Part shown: in pieces, positions 30,601 through 40,337 of the stretch | How positions within the stretch are numbered: position 1 is the stretch's first letter | Layout of the letters: every line of letters begins with the position of its first letter | Assembly (NCBI GenBank): GCA_965223265.1 | Contig: OZ244999.1 | Location: 832,001 to 896,000, forward strand | Origin: Planctomycetota bacterium | Lineage (GTDB): Bacteria; Planctomycetota; UBA8108; SXIK01 | DNA length: 64,000 bases | Direction: 5' to 3' | Made by a program: the position numbers and the translations under genes | The notes under the pieces: generated by a model | Database searches by the model: none | Told to the model about the DNA's origin: nothing | What the model saw: only the letters and a program-made list of their open reading frames with translations

Positions 30601-30903
30601 TCGAAGACTCAGATCGCGCCGGGAGATTACTATGTGGTCGTCGCCGACGATCTTGACTCGGACAAGGTTGATGGGAGAGAACACACCAATTTCAGCCTGT
30701 CGAATTCCGGGGAGTTCTTAGGCCTGTACTCGCGCGCAAGTGAGGGGTCTCTACTCGTCGACTCGATCGTCTTTCGCGCCACGCAGGTCGGCAAGTCATG
30801 GGGGAGAGAGCCAGGGCGGAAGCGCAGCTCCCGGCAGTGGAAGGACCCCACGCCAGGTGCTAAGAACCTTCCGAAGATTCCGAACGAACTACTTGAGAAG
30901 TGA
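27691..30903 (+). CDS. Secreted multidomain protein: malectin-like + FN3 + CotH-kinase-like + two lamin-tail domains
   Basis: GLRVFDVIAEG (malectin-like); YVDGEVEAGTTYYYQL (FN3); KKSYVVRL and VFVNDRLQGVY (CotH); WIELENRS..IDLG and INEV..EFIEIFN..DLGGYFLSDD..NFSLSNSGE (LTD). Confidence 0.82.
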   Translation: MGISAFAVASILAAAVVAVTILSPSRADADATAIATAPTTEPKPRLIVSGDSGSMASPDAATLHLPDVAFDLQVGYGYVGGTLHELPGAHVVGGALEWPVRWRSGVERYVIRLPRGRYVVELTTIEVELAGRGLRVFDVIAEGKTLFGSVDPFELVGDFHWLTLSGEVSVHDGWLDLELKPKPESQPPCLARLRISPRREAESDREPAPGAPRLEATGAVDSVVLRWSPHPEHGTSREFWILRSTSPEGPFRSLSNKPIHGSHYVDGEVEAGTTYYYQLQYQTAFGRQSEFSAPHPATPIAADDAPWPIYRFYVDESDLSRIGLRHRKQLVPARLFVDGELYHTLMRYDHSPSKWQRKKSYVVRLDATKTRSFQRRRRFYLSAEAGDASFSRQLLSTRVAGELGLKTPGFKPVLVFVNDRLQGVYLDREKLGTRFRRRVRLESRNGLLIRPGRLDHLALDWEPYGNKVGQPGRLDDWTYFVHALHRIGSGEIGDFLSQHLYWDRWVDRSVLWTVGGESKLKLRDVYFLEDARNRRWERFRQEFDSDQWGLRDFASQPQFVDDAAAAIRRSCFRPGVGGTWTVLETRLWNHDGLRRRYLRRLLELLDTKLAVDRVASLADELFRSSHDLVAMDPLHFRRRDADVADAAVLAERFRAAYEERVDRLRAASSAELASEPSGLRLSEILLRPTEGPAWIELENRSPHPIDLGEFALGTLGGTDSYLQLPRRLLAPGEFLRQALTSPATYSPSGGTVALHHVGSQVSSPGAATLVDLLFYGHQSSDLSYGRLAAGGAWGYLARATPAATNDDRRLRAPHYTFRAAVEEQSAERLELSISLHGPDNTVYAAAEAVEVQLRASGAKSFTAFEMVWQPRRFRFVASIDRGSVELPADYYFLARTKDGVEQVYPLVAPDLTYRLVEPPGVWINEVLPRPDRASGQREFIEIFNATDQTVDLGGYFLSDDRDLPRKWRIPSKTQIAPGDYYVVVADDLDSDKVDGREHTNFSLSNSGEFLGLYSRASEGSLLVDSIVFRATQVGKSWGREPGRKRSSRQWKDPTPGAKNLPKIPNELLEK

Positions 30904-30928
30904 ACGTTACCTGGTTGTCGCGGAATTG

Positions 30929-32893
30929 ATGGTGCTCGAGAAGCAAGAAGTCGCGCTGTTTCGCTATCGCAAGGGAGTTCGCGTTGGCTACTGCATCGAT
31001 CGCACCGCCGACAAGGTCCGCCTTGCCATAGGACGCGATCGCAGTGTGACGGTGCCGCGTGAGAACGTCCTGTTTCGATCGGGCGAGAAAGTCGTCGACC
31101 ATGCCGAGTTCGCGCAGTTCGCGCGCGAAGTGGATGAGCTTGCGGCGCGGCTCGATTTGTCAGAAGTGTGGGAGCTGACCGGTGACGATCGCACGGGGAT
31201 CTCGTTCGACGATCTGGCTTCATTGGTTGATCTCGTCGATGGGCGCGGCCGCACGGCGCTCCTTCTTCACCTCCACGGCGAGGACTGTATGTACTTCGCG
31301 TCTGAAGGTGAGCTGTGGGTTCCGGCGACGGCGGACTCCGTGCAAAAGGTCAAAGAGAAGGTAGAACGTCAGCGAGCGGAAGCTGAGGAACTGACCGCTT
31401 TCACCGCATGGTTCTGCCACGACAAACCATCTGAGCCGCTTGAGATGACGGCGAGGCAGCGCACGTGGCTCGAGAGTTTGCGCCGTTTCGTCATTGCGGG
31501 AGAGGAAGCGGAAAGGGACGGCTGGGTTCGGGGGTTCTTGGCCCAGTTCAAGCGTTCCGATCCGAGGCGTTTTGTTTTCGAGCGCTTAGTGCACCTTGGC
31601 CAGTTCGCTCCAGATGAGCATTTGGAACTCTCACGTTTGGGTGTCAAGAGCCATTTTGCGGACGAGGTGACGGTCGCCGCCGCTGAGCCGATCGTGATCA
31701 GTGACAACGATGACGGACTCGTCGAGGTTCCTGTGTTCTCGATCGATAGCGAGACGACTTTTGATATCGACGATGCGCTCTCATTCGAATCCACCACATC
31801 GGGGTGGCGCTTAGGCATCCACGTCACGGATTTGACCGATGTCGTCACGAAGGATGGAGTTTTGGACGCGGCCGCACGCGAACGGCGGCTGTCCCTCTAC
31901 TTTCCCGAGGCGATCTTGCCAATGTTGCCGACCAGCCTCTCGTCGGGAAGCGCGAGTCTGTTGCCGGAAGCTGAGAGGAGGGCCCTGAGCCTCTACGTCG
32001 AGTTCGATAGTGAGCACAAGCCGCTCGCTGCTGAGTTTCGCCGCACGCGTGTGCGCAATGACTTTCGACTCAACTACGACGAGGTCGACCTCATTCTGCG
32101 AGGCGAGCGTCACCTGTTGGCTGAGCAGTTGCGTGCATTATGGCAGGTCGTGGTGTCCCTCAGAGGTCGCCGCATTGCCGCCGGCGGGGTGGCGTTGGAA
32201 CGACCGGACCCGGACGTGCAGGTCGGCGCTGACGGTGCGATCCGGGTCGACCTGAAGGATCGAGACACTCCTGCAAATCGACTCGTCAGCGAGTGCATGA
32301 TTCTCTACAACCACGAGGCTGCACGCTATCTCGTTAGGCATGCGGTCCCGGGGATCTTTCGCAGCCAGCAATCGAAGGTGGCGACGGATCCTGCAGTCGA
32401 ACTTAAGGACCCATTCTCGCGCTATAGCTTTTTTCGTCAGCTGGGGCCGTCACACACTTCGCTCGAGGCGCTGCCTCACAATCTTCTCGGACTGGACTGC
32501 TACGTCCAATCAACGTCACCACTGCGGCGTTACGGCGACCTTGTGATCCAGCGTCAATTGGTCCGCCATCTCCAAACTGGCACCCTCTGCTACAGCGCCG
32601 AAGAGTTAGCCGATCTCCTGCGTCGCGGCGAGTCGGTACTGAAGGAACTGGGACGCCTGGAGGTAAAGCGAAAGCGTTACTGGCTGATCAAGTGGTTGGC
32701 GCAGCAGGGTGAGCTTGAGATCGCCGCCTGCGTGCTCGAAGTGCGTCCACGTGATTGTTTGGTGGAGCTCATTGACTACGGTCTGAGAGGTCCGGCGTTG
32801 GTTCACCAGCCGCACGAAGGAGACCATGTCACCGTATCCGTGGCGCACGCGGATGCCTGGGATGACGCAGTGCGATTCCGTCAGGTACGGTAG
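30929..32893 (+). CDS. RNB-domain exoribonuclease (RNase II/R family)
   Basis: SIDSETTFDIDDALS catalytic motif, LVSECMI, TSPLRRYGDL. Confidence 0.93.
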   Translation: MVLEKQEVALFRYRKGVRVGYCIDRTADKVRLAIGRDRSVTVPRENVLFRSGEKVVDHAEFAQFAREVDELAARLDLSEVWELTGDDRTGISFDDLASLVDLVDGRGRTALLLHLHGEDCMYFASEGELWVPATADSVQKVKEKVERQRAEAEELTAFTAWFCHDKPSEPLEMTARQRTWLESLRRFVIAGEEAERDGWVRGFLAQFKRSDPRRFVFERLVHLGQFAPDEHLELSRLGVKSHFADEVTVAAAEPIVISDNDDGLVEVPVFSIDSETTFDIDDALSFESTTSGWRLGIHVTDLTDVVTKDGVLDAAARERRLSLYFPEAILPMLPTSLSSGSASLLPEAERRALSLYVEFDSEHKPLAAEFRRTRVRNDFRLNYDEVDLILRGERHLLAEQLRALWQVVVSLRGRRIAAGGVALERPDPDVQVGADGAIRVDLKDRDTPANRLVSECMILYNHEAARYLVRHAVPGIFRSQQSKVATDPAVELKDPFSRYSFFRQLGPSHTSLEALPHNLLGLDCYVQSTSPLRRYGDLVIQRQLVRHLQTGTLCYSAEELADLLRRGESVLKELGRLEVKRKRYWLIKWLAQQGELEIAACVLEVRPRDCLVELIDYGLRGPALVHQPHEGDHVTVSVAHADAWDDAVRFRQVR

Positions 32894-33020
32894 CGGTTGC
32901 TGCTGACCTTCCGTGACGCTCTGCACTCGCCCGCAAGGGCCGACGTCATGGAGGCCGCGGGCGCGCGGCGAGCCGCCGCAAGCTCAAGACGCAGCCCGGG
33001 GGAACACGAGCGCGTGACGC

Positions 33021-34145
33021 CTACAACGACTTTCGCGGTTTGAGCTTTCGGAGCTCGTTACGGAACTCTTCGAAGCCTTCAGATTCCCGCAATCGTTTCA
33101 GGTCGCCGTCTGACCGCAAGCTCTCGAGGTGGGTCGGATCTAGCTCGATGCAGCGCCGCAGGTTCTTCTTGGCATTCTCAAGATCACCTTTGAGGCTGTA
33201 CGAACACGATGCGTTGTAGTAGACGAGTGCAACGTTCTGACGCAGCCGTTGCTTTTGCGCTGCACTGGATACCTGTCCCGAAATCAGCAGATAGTTGCGC
33301 TCAACGAGTGGGATGAGTCGCTCGTAACAACCAGTCGCGCTCGTGTAGTCACGGATTTCGTAGTAGAGCTCGGCAAGTCGAAGATCGCGACTCATGGCTA
33401 TGTCAGGATTCTCGACCAAACTGATGTCCAGTGACTCGAGTGTGCTCAACTCCTGGTCGACCGCGTGTGTATCCCCGAACACGGCGAGAAGAATGCCTAT
33501 GCGCTCGACAAGCGCTGGGGCGAGCAGCGGATCGTGGAAGAGCCTTCGTAGCTCGGGAAGCAGATCCCTATCACCCGTATCGGCGAGCGCGTTGCAAGCG
33601 ACCATGCGAATACCGAACGTTGTGGCTTCGTCGTCGATCAGTAGTAGCAGCGCCCCTGAGACGTCTTCTCCTTCTTCTCGGAGCTGATCGTACTGCCCGT
33701 CGTAGCGCAAGTTGGTGGCGAGTCCTGCTTGCAAAACCGGTGTGATCTTCGCGGCGAGCTGCCACCGTGCGATCTCCCGAAGTGCGGCGCGCACAGAATC
33801 CTCCGAGGCAGCACTCAGCGCTTGTGACACCGCGGGGAGACCGGTGGCGCCAAGCTGTATGAGTTCGTCGCGCAGGAGCTGGCGCTGTCGCTCGAGCCTT
33901 ACGTCGTTGGGAGCAGCGCTCGTCCGCCCGTACACTTCGACGAACTTTGCGACGGTTGCAGCTGAGTCCGCGCTCGCGATGGATGTACACACAAGCGCGA
34001 CAAAAAGCGTCAGCACTCGGCTGAGTCGTCGCGCTTCTCTTCGCGGCCGCGTCATGCGCGGGCTCAGGGAACGAGGAGACGTTCGAGAGAGATGAACAGG
34101 AGGCGCAGGCGTTTCGCTAGGTCGAATGATCTTCTTTGTGTTCAT
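33021..34145 (-). CDS. HEAT/TPR repeat hypothetical protein
   Basis: Signal/TM segment, HEAT-like helices, C-terminal YYNASCSYSLKGD...DGDLKRLR TPR-end motif. Start uncertain. Confidence 0.72.
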   Translation of the reverse strand: MNTKKIIRPSETPAPPVHLSRTSPRSLSPRMTRPRREARRLSRVLTLFVALVCTSIASADSAATVAKFVEVYGRTSAAPNDVRLERQRQLLRDELIQLGATGLPAVSQALSAASEDSVRAALREIARWQLAAKITPVLQAGLATNLRYDGQYDQLREEGEDVSGALLLLIDDEATTFGIRMVACNALADTGDRDLLPELRRLFHDPLLAPALVERIGILLAVFGDTHAVDQELSTLESLDISLVENPDIAMSRDLRLAELYYEIRDYTSATGCYERLIPLVERNYLLISGQVSSAAQKQRLRQNVALVYYNASCSYSLKGDLENAKKNLRRCIELDPTHLESLRSDGDLKRLRESEGFEEFRNELRKLKPRKSL

Positions 34146-34394
34146 GATCGCTGGCTTCAGAATACCGGCCTTTGGGTCGATCGCCCAGCACAATCATTCC
34201 GTCGCGTCCTAGCCGTCACGATCTCGCCGCCACGATCACCTGAACATCATCACCACGCCTGGGCCCTCGCACACTGCGCGGTTGATCGAGAGCTGCTCCC
34301 ACGAGTCACTTCGAGGCGTGCTCGACTCGTCGTCGCCAAGAGAGACCCGCGGCAGAAACTCTTCAGGGCCCCACGGCTTTTGCTCGCCGTTTAA

Positions 34395-34552
34395 CAGCCC
34401 GTTGAAAAGTCATTCGGCCGAGAAACTGGCCTCTTCACGCCCAGATCGACCGCGGCGAGCCTCGAAAATCTCGGAGATTACCTGCGTTCGCCGCGACCGA
34501 TCTGGACGCGAAGCGACCAGTTTTCGACTCGAAGCACTTTTTCAACAGGCTG
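34395..34552 (+). mobile_element. MITE family A, full copy with TTAA target-site duplication, inserted in the 3' end of a CDS
   Basis: TIRs CAGCCCGTTGAAAA / TTTTCAACAGGCTG; TTAA at 34391-34394 and 34553-34556. Confidence 0.92.
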
Positions 34553-35130
34553 TTAACCACGGAGAACCAATCCCCAGCGAGCGGGCGCGCATCGCGCAAA
34601 CGCACCGCGAAGTGGACGTCGTAGCGTGGATCCGCGGGCAGGTCGAAGGCGTCAACACTGCCGTGTGCCTCGAGAATCCTTGCCAGTGCGAGGATGACCT
34701 CACTTGCACGTCGACTGCCTTCGACGTGTTGGCCAGCGAAGCTCCCTCGGTAGACAAGCCACCACTCCTCGGCGGCTCCTTCATAGAGCGGAGACAGGCC
34801 CACAGTCATTTCGTTCAACTCGTTCGGCTGCAGTGGGTGCGTTTCTCCGGCATTCGCGTTCGCGAGCTCAGCGATCGCCCGTTCGACAAAGAACTGACTG
34901 AGCCGTTTCCGGCTAGACGCCTCGGTAAGAAAGCGTTTCAGGGCGCGCGCCGCGGGTCGGTCCGGAGCGGCGACCAGAGCTCGCCCTAGGGCCACGTCGT
35001 CGTTTTGGAGACGTGCGTAGTGATATCGCTCTAACAGCTGATCGCGCTTCATGAGCGCGCCGAAAACGACGATCGCTGCGCCGAGGAGAAGGAAAGCCAC
35101 GATGCAACGAGTTCGCCTGGCAGAGCGCAC
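34435..35130 (-). CDS. Hypothetical membrane-anchored protein; C-terminus encoded by the MITE
   Basis: N-terminal TM (CIVAFLLLGAAIVVFGAL), directly downstream of tkt; the last ~39 codons lie within the MITE. Confidence 0.65.
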   Translation of the reverse strand: MRSARRTRCIVAFLLLGAAIVVFGALMKRDQLLERYHYARLQNDDVALGRALVAAPDRPAARALKRFLTEASSRKRLSQFFVERAIAELANANAGETHPLQPNELNEMTVGLSPLYEGAAEEWWLVYRGSFAGQHVEGSRRASEVILALARILEAHGSVDAFDLPADPRYDVHFAVRLRDARPLAGDWFSVVNSLLKKCFESKTGRFASRSVAANAGNLRDFRGSPRSIWA

Positions 35131-35136
35131 CGAAGG

Positions 35137-37146
35137 TCAGAGTCCGAGCAGCTCTTTCGCGGTGGCCGCGACTTTTTCTGCGGTGAAGCCGAAGTGCTCC
35201 GCTAATACCTTTGCCGGGGCGGAAGCGCCAAATCGGTTCAGACAATGAATCGCGCCGTCGCACGTGGAGTATTTCTCCCAGCCGAGGCTCACGCCAGCTT
35301 CGACGGCGAGCCGGCGTCGGGCGTCGGGCGGCAACACGGAGCTGCGGTACTCTTGTGACTGGCGCTCGAAGATCTCCCAACTCGGAAGGCTGACGACGCG
35401 TACACTGTGACCGCTTTGCCGCAGAAGGGCGGCAGCGTCCCGGCAAAGCGACAGCTCCGACCCTGTCCCGATCAGAATCAAGTCGATGTGGTCTCCGCTT
35501 TCTTTCTCGACCACGTAGCCGCCTTTTTCGGCGCCGCGACCAAGCCCCGTGTCGTCGTAGCAAGGTAGGCCTTGGCGCGTCAGTACGAGAGCTGTCGGCC
35601 CGTCGGTTCGTTCAAGAGCGCAGAACCACGCGGCTGCTGTTTCGTTGGCGTCGGCCGGGCGGATGACGTCGAGGCCAGGGATGGCACGGAGAGCGGCGGT
35701 GTGTTCGACAGATTGATGTGTTGGGCCGTCCTCTCCCAAGAAGATGCTGTCATGTGTGAACACATAAATCACCGGCTGGTGCATGAGCGCAGCAAGTCGG
35801 ATCGCCGGACGCATGTAATCGCTGAAGGTCAAAAACGTCGCACCGTAAGGGCGGACTCCGCCGTGGAGCGACAAGCCGTTCAGCATTGCCGCCATGGCGT
35901 GTTCTCGCACGCCGAACCAAAGGTTTCGGCCAGCGAAGTCTTCACGTGTCACCGCCGCGGCGTCTTTGACAGCGGTGTTGTTGGAGCTCGCCAGATCGGC
36001 GGACCCACCAATGAGCTCTGGAATTGCCTCCGCGATGCTATTGATCGCTGCTCCGGACGACGCCCGTGTGGCGATGGGTTTGTCGGCACTCGTCGCTCGC
36101 GGCAGTTTCGCCTCCCAGCCCGCCGGCAATTGACGTGCGTGCACCCGGTCCCACGTCGCCGCGGCGGCACGGTTCTCGTCCGACCAAGCCTTGAAAACAG
36201 CAAGCCACTTTGAACGTTCGGCCGCGCCACGCTCGGCGGCAGCCTTGAACAGCGGCCGCACCGCATCGGGTACGGTGAAGGGGGGGAAGTCCCAACCGAG
36301 ATGTCGCCGAGTATTTTCGAGCTCGTCGGCGCCGAGGGGGGCGCCGTGGGTCTTGCTTGTGCCAGCGAGGTTTGGGCTCCCTTTGCCAATCGTTGTTTTG
36401 CAGAGAATCAAGCTCGGGCGAGATGTCGCCCCCCTTGCTTCCTTCAGTGCTGCACGAATCGCGTCGCGATCGTGTCCGTCGATTCGTGACGTGTGCCAAT
36501 CGTAAGCCTCGAATCGCTTTTGAACGTCTTCACTGAAGGTCCATTTCGTCGGGCCATCCAGACAGATATCGTTGTCGTCGTAGAGAACGATCAGCTTTCC
36601 GAGTCCGAGATGTCCGGCAAGGGACGCGGCCTCGTGACTGATGCCTTCCATCACATCGCCGTCGCTTATCAGAGCGTAGGTGTGGTGGTCGACGACCGTG
36701 TGGCTGTCAGTGTTAAAGCGCGCGCCGGTGAGGGCTTCGCCCAGTGCGAGGCCGGCGGCGTTCGCCAAACCTTGCCCGAGCGGGCCGGTCGTGGTCTCGA
36801 CGCCGTCTGTCTCGCCGTATTCCGGGTGGCCGGGCGTCTTCGATCCGAACTGGCGAAAGTTTTTCAACTCATCGAGGGAGACGTCATATCCGCAGAGGTG
36901 CAGGAGCGAGTAGAGCAGCATCGATCCGTGCCCAGCAGAGAGGACGAATCGATCTCGGTCTGCCCAGTTGGGCTGTTGTGGATCGAACTTCAGGAACTCT
37001 GTAAACAAGACGTAGGCGATGTCGGCCGCACCCATTGGCAGGCCGGGGTGCCCCGAGTTCGCTTGCTGGACCGCCTCGGCGGAGAGGATGCGAATCGTGT
37101 TGACAGCGAGGTTTTCGAGGTCTGGTTGCACCGCAGCCGGCGACAT
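35137..37146 (-). CDS. tkt: Transketolase
   Basis: [50 protein letters not shown]. Confidence 0.98.
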   Translation of the reverse strand: MSPAAVQPDLENLAVNTIRILSAEAVQQANSGHPGLPMGAADIAYVLFTEFLKFDPQQPNWADRDRFVLSAGHGSMLLYSLLHLCGYDVSLDELKNFRQFGSKTPGHPEYGETDGVETTTGPLGQGLANAAGLALGEALTGARFNTDSHTVVDHHTYALISDGDVMEGISHEAASLAGHLGLGKLIVLYDDNDICLDGPTKWTFSEDVQKRFEAYDWHTSRIDGHDRDAIRAALKEARGATSRPSLILCKTTIGKGSPNLAGTSKTHGAPLGADELENTRRHLGWDFPPFTVPDAVRPLFKAAAERGAAERSKWLAVFKAWSDENRAAAATWDRVHARQLPAGWEAKLPRATSADKPIATRASSGAAINSIAEAIPELIGGSADLASSNNTAVKDAAAVTREDFAGRNLWFGVREHAMAAMLNGLSLHGGVRPYGATFLTFSDYMRPAIRLAALMHQPVIYVFTHDSIFLGEDGPTHQSVEHTAALRAIPGLDVIRPADANETAAAWFCALERTDGPTALVLTRQGLPCYDDTGLGRGAEKGGYVVEKESGDHIDLILIGTGSELSLCRDAAALLRQSGHSVRVVSLPSWEIFERQSQEYRSSVLPPDARRRLAVEAGVSLGWEKYSTCDGAIHCLNRFGASAPAKVLAEHFGFTAEKVAATAKELLGL

Positions 37147-37169
37147 GGGTTAATACTCCTGGACGGTCA

Positions 37170-37213
37170 ATTCTTCTCGGGGCTTATTCTTCTCGGGGCT
37201 TATTCTTCTCGGG
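37170..37213. repeat. 16-bp tandem repeat ATTCTTCTCGGGGCTT x2.75
   Basis: Directly visible, immediately upstream of the tkt RBS. Confidence 0.9.
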
Positions 37214-37264
37214 ACGCCGCGAGCGGTTCGGGTCTCTTGACCCTCGCCGTCGATGCCCTTGGCC

Positions 37265-37320
37265 AGCACCGATGTTCACAGTACCGATGTTCACAGTACC
37301 GACATGAGACGGTACCGACG
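37265..37320. repeat. 15-bp tandem repeat AGYACCGATGTTCAC x2 plus degenerate units
   Basis: agcaccgatgttcac-agtaccgatgttcac-agtaccgacatgagac-ggtaccgacg. Confidence 0.85.
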
Positions 37321-37425
37321 ACCAGCGGAACGAAATCATCCGAATCGGAGATCGTAAGTTGAGCCCCGCGTCGTCGCAACAGAAAAGACACGAACAGAAA
37401 CGTCGCCGCGCAGTACGACAGCGAG

Positions 37426-38754
37426 TCAGCGAAACGATGTTCGTAGCAGCGGCGCCAGTCGGCCGTTCTGGGCGAGCGTGGGCGCCGTGCCGTCGAGCCA
37501 AATGGCGTAGCGTTCGACGACGACGCTGCCGGTGCGCGGCGGGATCCAGCGGCAATTCGATCGGTAGTCCCAACCGAGTGCACCGCTCTCGAGTTCGTCT
37601 CCGTCGCCTTTGGCCATTGTCAGATAGGACCACGGTATGCGACCGAAGTACGAATAGTGCTGCCCAACTTGATCGTGTTTGTCGTTCTCCGTCGGGTCGA
37701 TCGGATACCACCCGATCCGCGGCAGATAGATTTCTACCCAGCGGTGAAACACGCGATCGACATGTGGCAGTGCGCCAGCCGGATCATCGAGCCAGCTGCC
37801 GCCTGCATAACGAGCCGGTATGCCGCTGAGGCGGCACAGAGCGATCATAAGGTACACGTATTCGGAGCAGGAGCCAGTGCCACGCTCGAGAACCTGCGAC
37901 GCTGAGTCCCAGGTGTCATCACGCTCGTAGCGCAGTTGATCGATCACGTAATCGTGGATGCGGCGAATCTGCTCGAGCACGCCGTCATTATCGGTGGCAC
38001 GAAGACTTCTTGCAGCGGCGATCAGGCGAGGGTCGCTGAGGCGGTACTTCTTTCCGTCACGCAGGTACTGACGCAGAATGCTTGGGGGAATTTCGTCATA
38101 ACCGCCAACGTCTCGTTCGGTGATATTCCACTGCACGTCGCGCAGCGACACGCGTACGGTCGCGTAGATATCGAGCCGACCACGAGCCGCCAGCTCGTCG
38201 ATGTGAAACAGAGCTGTTTGCTGACGCCATCCGTTGACTCGTGTCTTCTCTGGCGCGGGACGGAATGTCACTGAGTGGACTCTTTGGTGCACATCATCGC
38301 CCGGGATTGCGATCGCGACGTCGACGCCAAAAACAGGATTGTTTGAGAGATTGACGACGCTGTGAACGAACCGAAAGGTGACCTCGCGCCGCGGGCCTTC
38401 GTCACGAAGCAGCTCCCTCAGGCTTAGGCGCGACACGGCGGATGGGGCGATCGCTGAGCCGAGCGGCGTCGGCGTCGGAAAACTGTGTGCGCGCGCCAAT
38501 CGAGGCAGTTTCAGCTCTGACGCGGCAACGCTCGCATCCAGAGTATGCGCGTAATGGCCATGAACCGCAGGAATGGCGCGGCTGCTGCTCTCGTCGGCGA
38601 CCGGGGCGGTCCACGCGTTCGATGGATTCTCGGCGTCGTGGAGGTTCCGTTCCGGCCCTGCGCTGACCGGGTCAGATCGAAGAAGGCAGCAGGCGCCGAG
38701 GAGGTAGACAACCATCCGCAGATTGCCCGTGGGAGGGGAATGTACAGCACGCAT
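37426..38754 (-). CDS. Transglutaminase-like domain protein (secreted)
   Basis: Triad motifs GSCSEY, HRWVE and PIDPT, plus GIPARY. Confidence 0.9.
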   Translation of the reverse strand: MRAVHSPPTGNLRMVVYLLGACCLLRSDPVSAGPERNLHDAENPSNAWTAPVADESSSRAIPAVHGHYAHTLDASVAASELKLPRLARAHSFPTPTPLGSAIAPSAVSRLSLRELLRDEGPRREVTFRFVHSVVNLSNNPVFGVDVAIAIPGDDVHQRVHSVTFRPAPEKTRVNGWRQQTALFHIDELAARGRLDIYATVRVSLRDVQWNITERDVGGYDEIPPSILRQYLRDGKKYRLSDPRLIAAARSLRATDNDGVLEQIRRIHDYVIDQLRYERDDTWDSASQVLERGTGSCSEYVYLMIALCRLSGIPARYAGGSWLDDPAGALPHVDRVFHRWVEIYLPRIGWYPIDPTENDKHDQVGQHYSYFGRIPWSYLTMAKGDGDELESGALGWDYRSNCRWIPPRTGSVVVERYAIWLDGTAPTLAQNGRLAPLLRTSFR

Positions 38755-38966
38755 AGACCAAGATTCTACCGGCTGCTACAAGGGACTCCAAGAAGCGCTC
38801 ACGGAAACGGAAATCGTCGGCGCAAGCGCTTTACAATCGGTCTGTGGAGACGTTAGCTTGCCGTGCGGCCCGACGGACCTCGTCCGCGCTCTCGCCCGCA
38901 CAGCTCAGGGTGTGTGGCCCGAGTTCGAGCGCTGGCGTGCAGTTACTGAGGAGAACGAGACGAGCG

Positions 38967-39497
38967 ATGAGCGGACGACCGTACAAGGAACATATCCGCG
39001 AGATTCCGGATTTCCCGCGGCCAGGTATCAAGTTCAAAGACATCACACCGCTCCTGCGTAACGGGCCGATGTTCCGCGACGCCGTCGACGAGATCGGGCG
39101 TCACTGCGAAGAGGCCAGCCTTCACCCGGAGTACGTCGCATGTCCAGAGGCGCGGGGTTTTATCTTCGGAGCGGCGCTTGCTTACCGACTCGGCGCGGGA
39201 TTTGTTCCGGTGCGAAAGCCCGGGAAGCTCCCCTTCAACGTCAAGAAGGCTCAGTACGAGCTCGAGTACGGCACTGACACGGTCGAAGTCCACGTAGACG
39301 CCGTGGAGCCCCAGTCTCGTGTGCTGCTTGTCGACGACTTGTTAGCAACCGGTGGGACGATGGGGGCTTGCATCGACCTTCTGCGTGAGAGCGGTGCAGA
39401 TCTGCTTGGCTGCATCTTTCTCGTCGAACTTGCCTTCCTCGATGGTCGCGACAAGCTGGCAGGCTTACCGGTTCACTCGCTCGTGACCTATTCGTGA
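38967..39497 (+). CDS. apt: Adenine phosphoribosyltransferase
   Basis: IPDFPRPGIKFKDITPLL, EARGF, RKPGKLP, LEYG, VDDLLATGGT. Confidence 0.98.
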   Translation: MSGRPYKEHIREIPDFPRPGIKFKDITPLLRNGPMFRDAVDEIGRHCEEASLHPEYVACPEARGFIFGAALAYRLGAGFVPVRKPGKLPFNVKKAQYELEYGTDTVEVHVDAVEPQSRVLLVDDLLATGGTMGACIDLLRESGADLLGCIFLVELAFLDGRDKLAGLPVHSLVTYS

Positions 39498-39509
39498 GCG
39501 GCACCGAGG

Positions 39510-40337
39510 TTACATCTCGACGGCGAATCTTTTCTCGTGCGTCAAGATATAGTACAGCTTCTTGAGAGCCTCGTTTTCGATTTGGCGGACCCGCTCACGG
39601 GACAGATTGACGCGTTCACCAATCTCTTTGAGAGTCATGGGATCGCCGTTATCGAGTCCGTAGCGCATGCGCAGAATTTTTGATTCTCGCTCGTCGACCG
39701 AGGCGAGCAGCTTTTCCACCATCTCCATTTCGACTTCGTCGAAGAGGATCTCAGCGGGCTGGCGTGCGTTCTTGTCTTCGAGGATTTCGCTCAGCGTCCA
39801 CATATTCTCTAAGCTGATCGTCTGGTTTGACGAACTGGAAGCACGCAGCGCAGTCTTAATGATCCCCAGGTTCTCGGGGGGAATCTCCATTTCGTGTGCG
39901 ATCTCGTGAATCATCGGCGGTCTGCCCAACTTGATAGTGAGCTCCGACGCCATGTTCTTCCACTTCGAAATCAACTCGACCATGTAGGACGGTATGCGGA
40001 CTGTCTTGACGGTATCGATCAGCGCGCGCTTGATGGATTGTTTGATCCACCACGTAGCATACGTGCTGAAACGACACTCGGCGTCCGGGTCGAATCGCTC
40101 GACTGCCTTCAACAGACCGAGGTTTCCTTCCTCAATGAGATCGAGGAGGGATAGGCCGCGATCGACGTAGTTCTTCGCGATACTGACCACTAGGCGCAAG
40201 TTCGCCTTGGTCATCTGCTCGCGCGCCTCTGCATCCCCTTTGCGAACCTTGATGGCGAGTTGCTTTTCCTCGTCCGCGGTTAGCAGCGGAATGCGATTGA
40301 TCTCTTTGAAATAGGTTTCGAGTCCTGCTTCTTTCAC
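39510..40337 (-). CDS. RNA polymerase sigma-70 factor, RpoD/RpoS-like, lacking region 1.1
   Basis: [39 protein letters not shown]...SRERVRQIE; GTG start. Confidence 0.95.
   Translation of the reverse strand: MKEAGLETYFKEINRIPLLTADEEKQLAIKVRKGDAEAREQMTKANLRLVVSIAKNYVDRGLSLLDLIEEGNLGLLKAVERFDPDAECRFSTYATWWIKQSIKRALIDTVKTVRIPSYMVELISKWKNMASELTIKLGRPPMIHEIAHEMEIPPENLGIIKTALRASSSSNQTISLENMWTLSEILEDKNARQPAEILFDEVEMEMVEKLLASVDERESKILRMRYGLDNGDPMTLKEIGERVNLSRERVRQIENEALKKLYYILTHEKRFAVEM

Noticed and set aside
36493-37362. Long antisense ORFs (also 3082-3855, 25339-26199, 46373-47185, 48756-49394, 52363-53124)
   Set aside because: Shadow or alternative-frame ORFs overlapping well-supported genes, expected at high GC.
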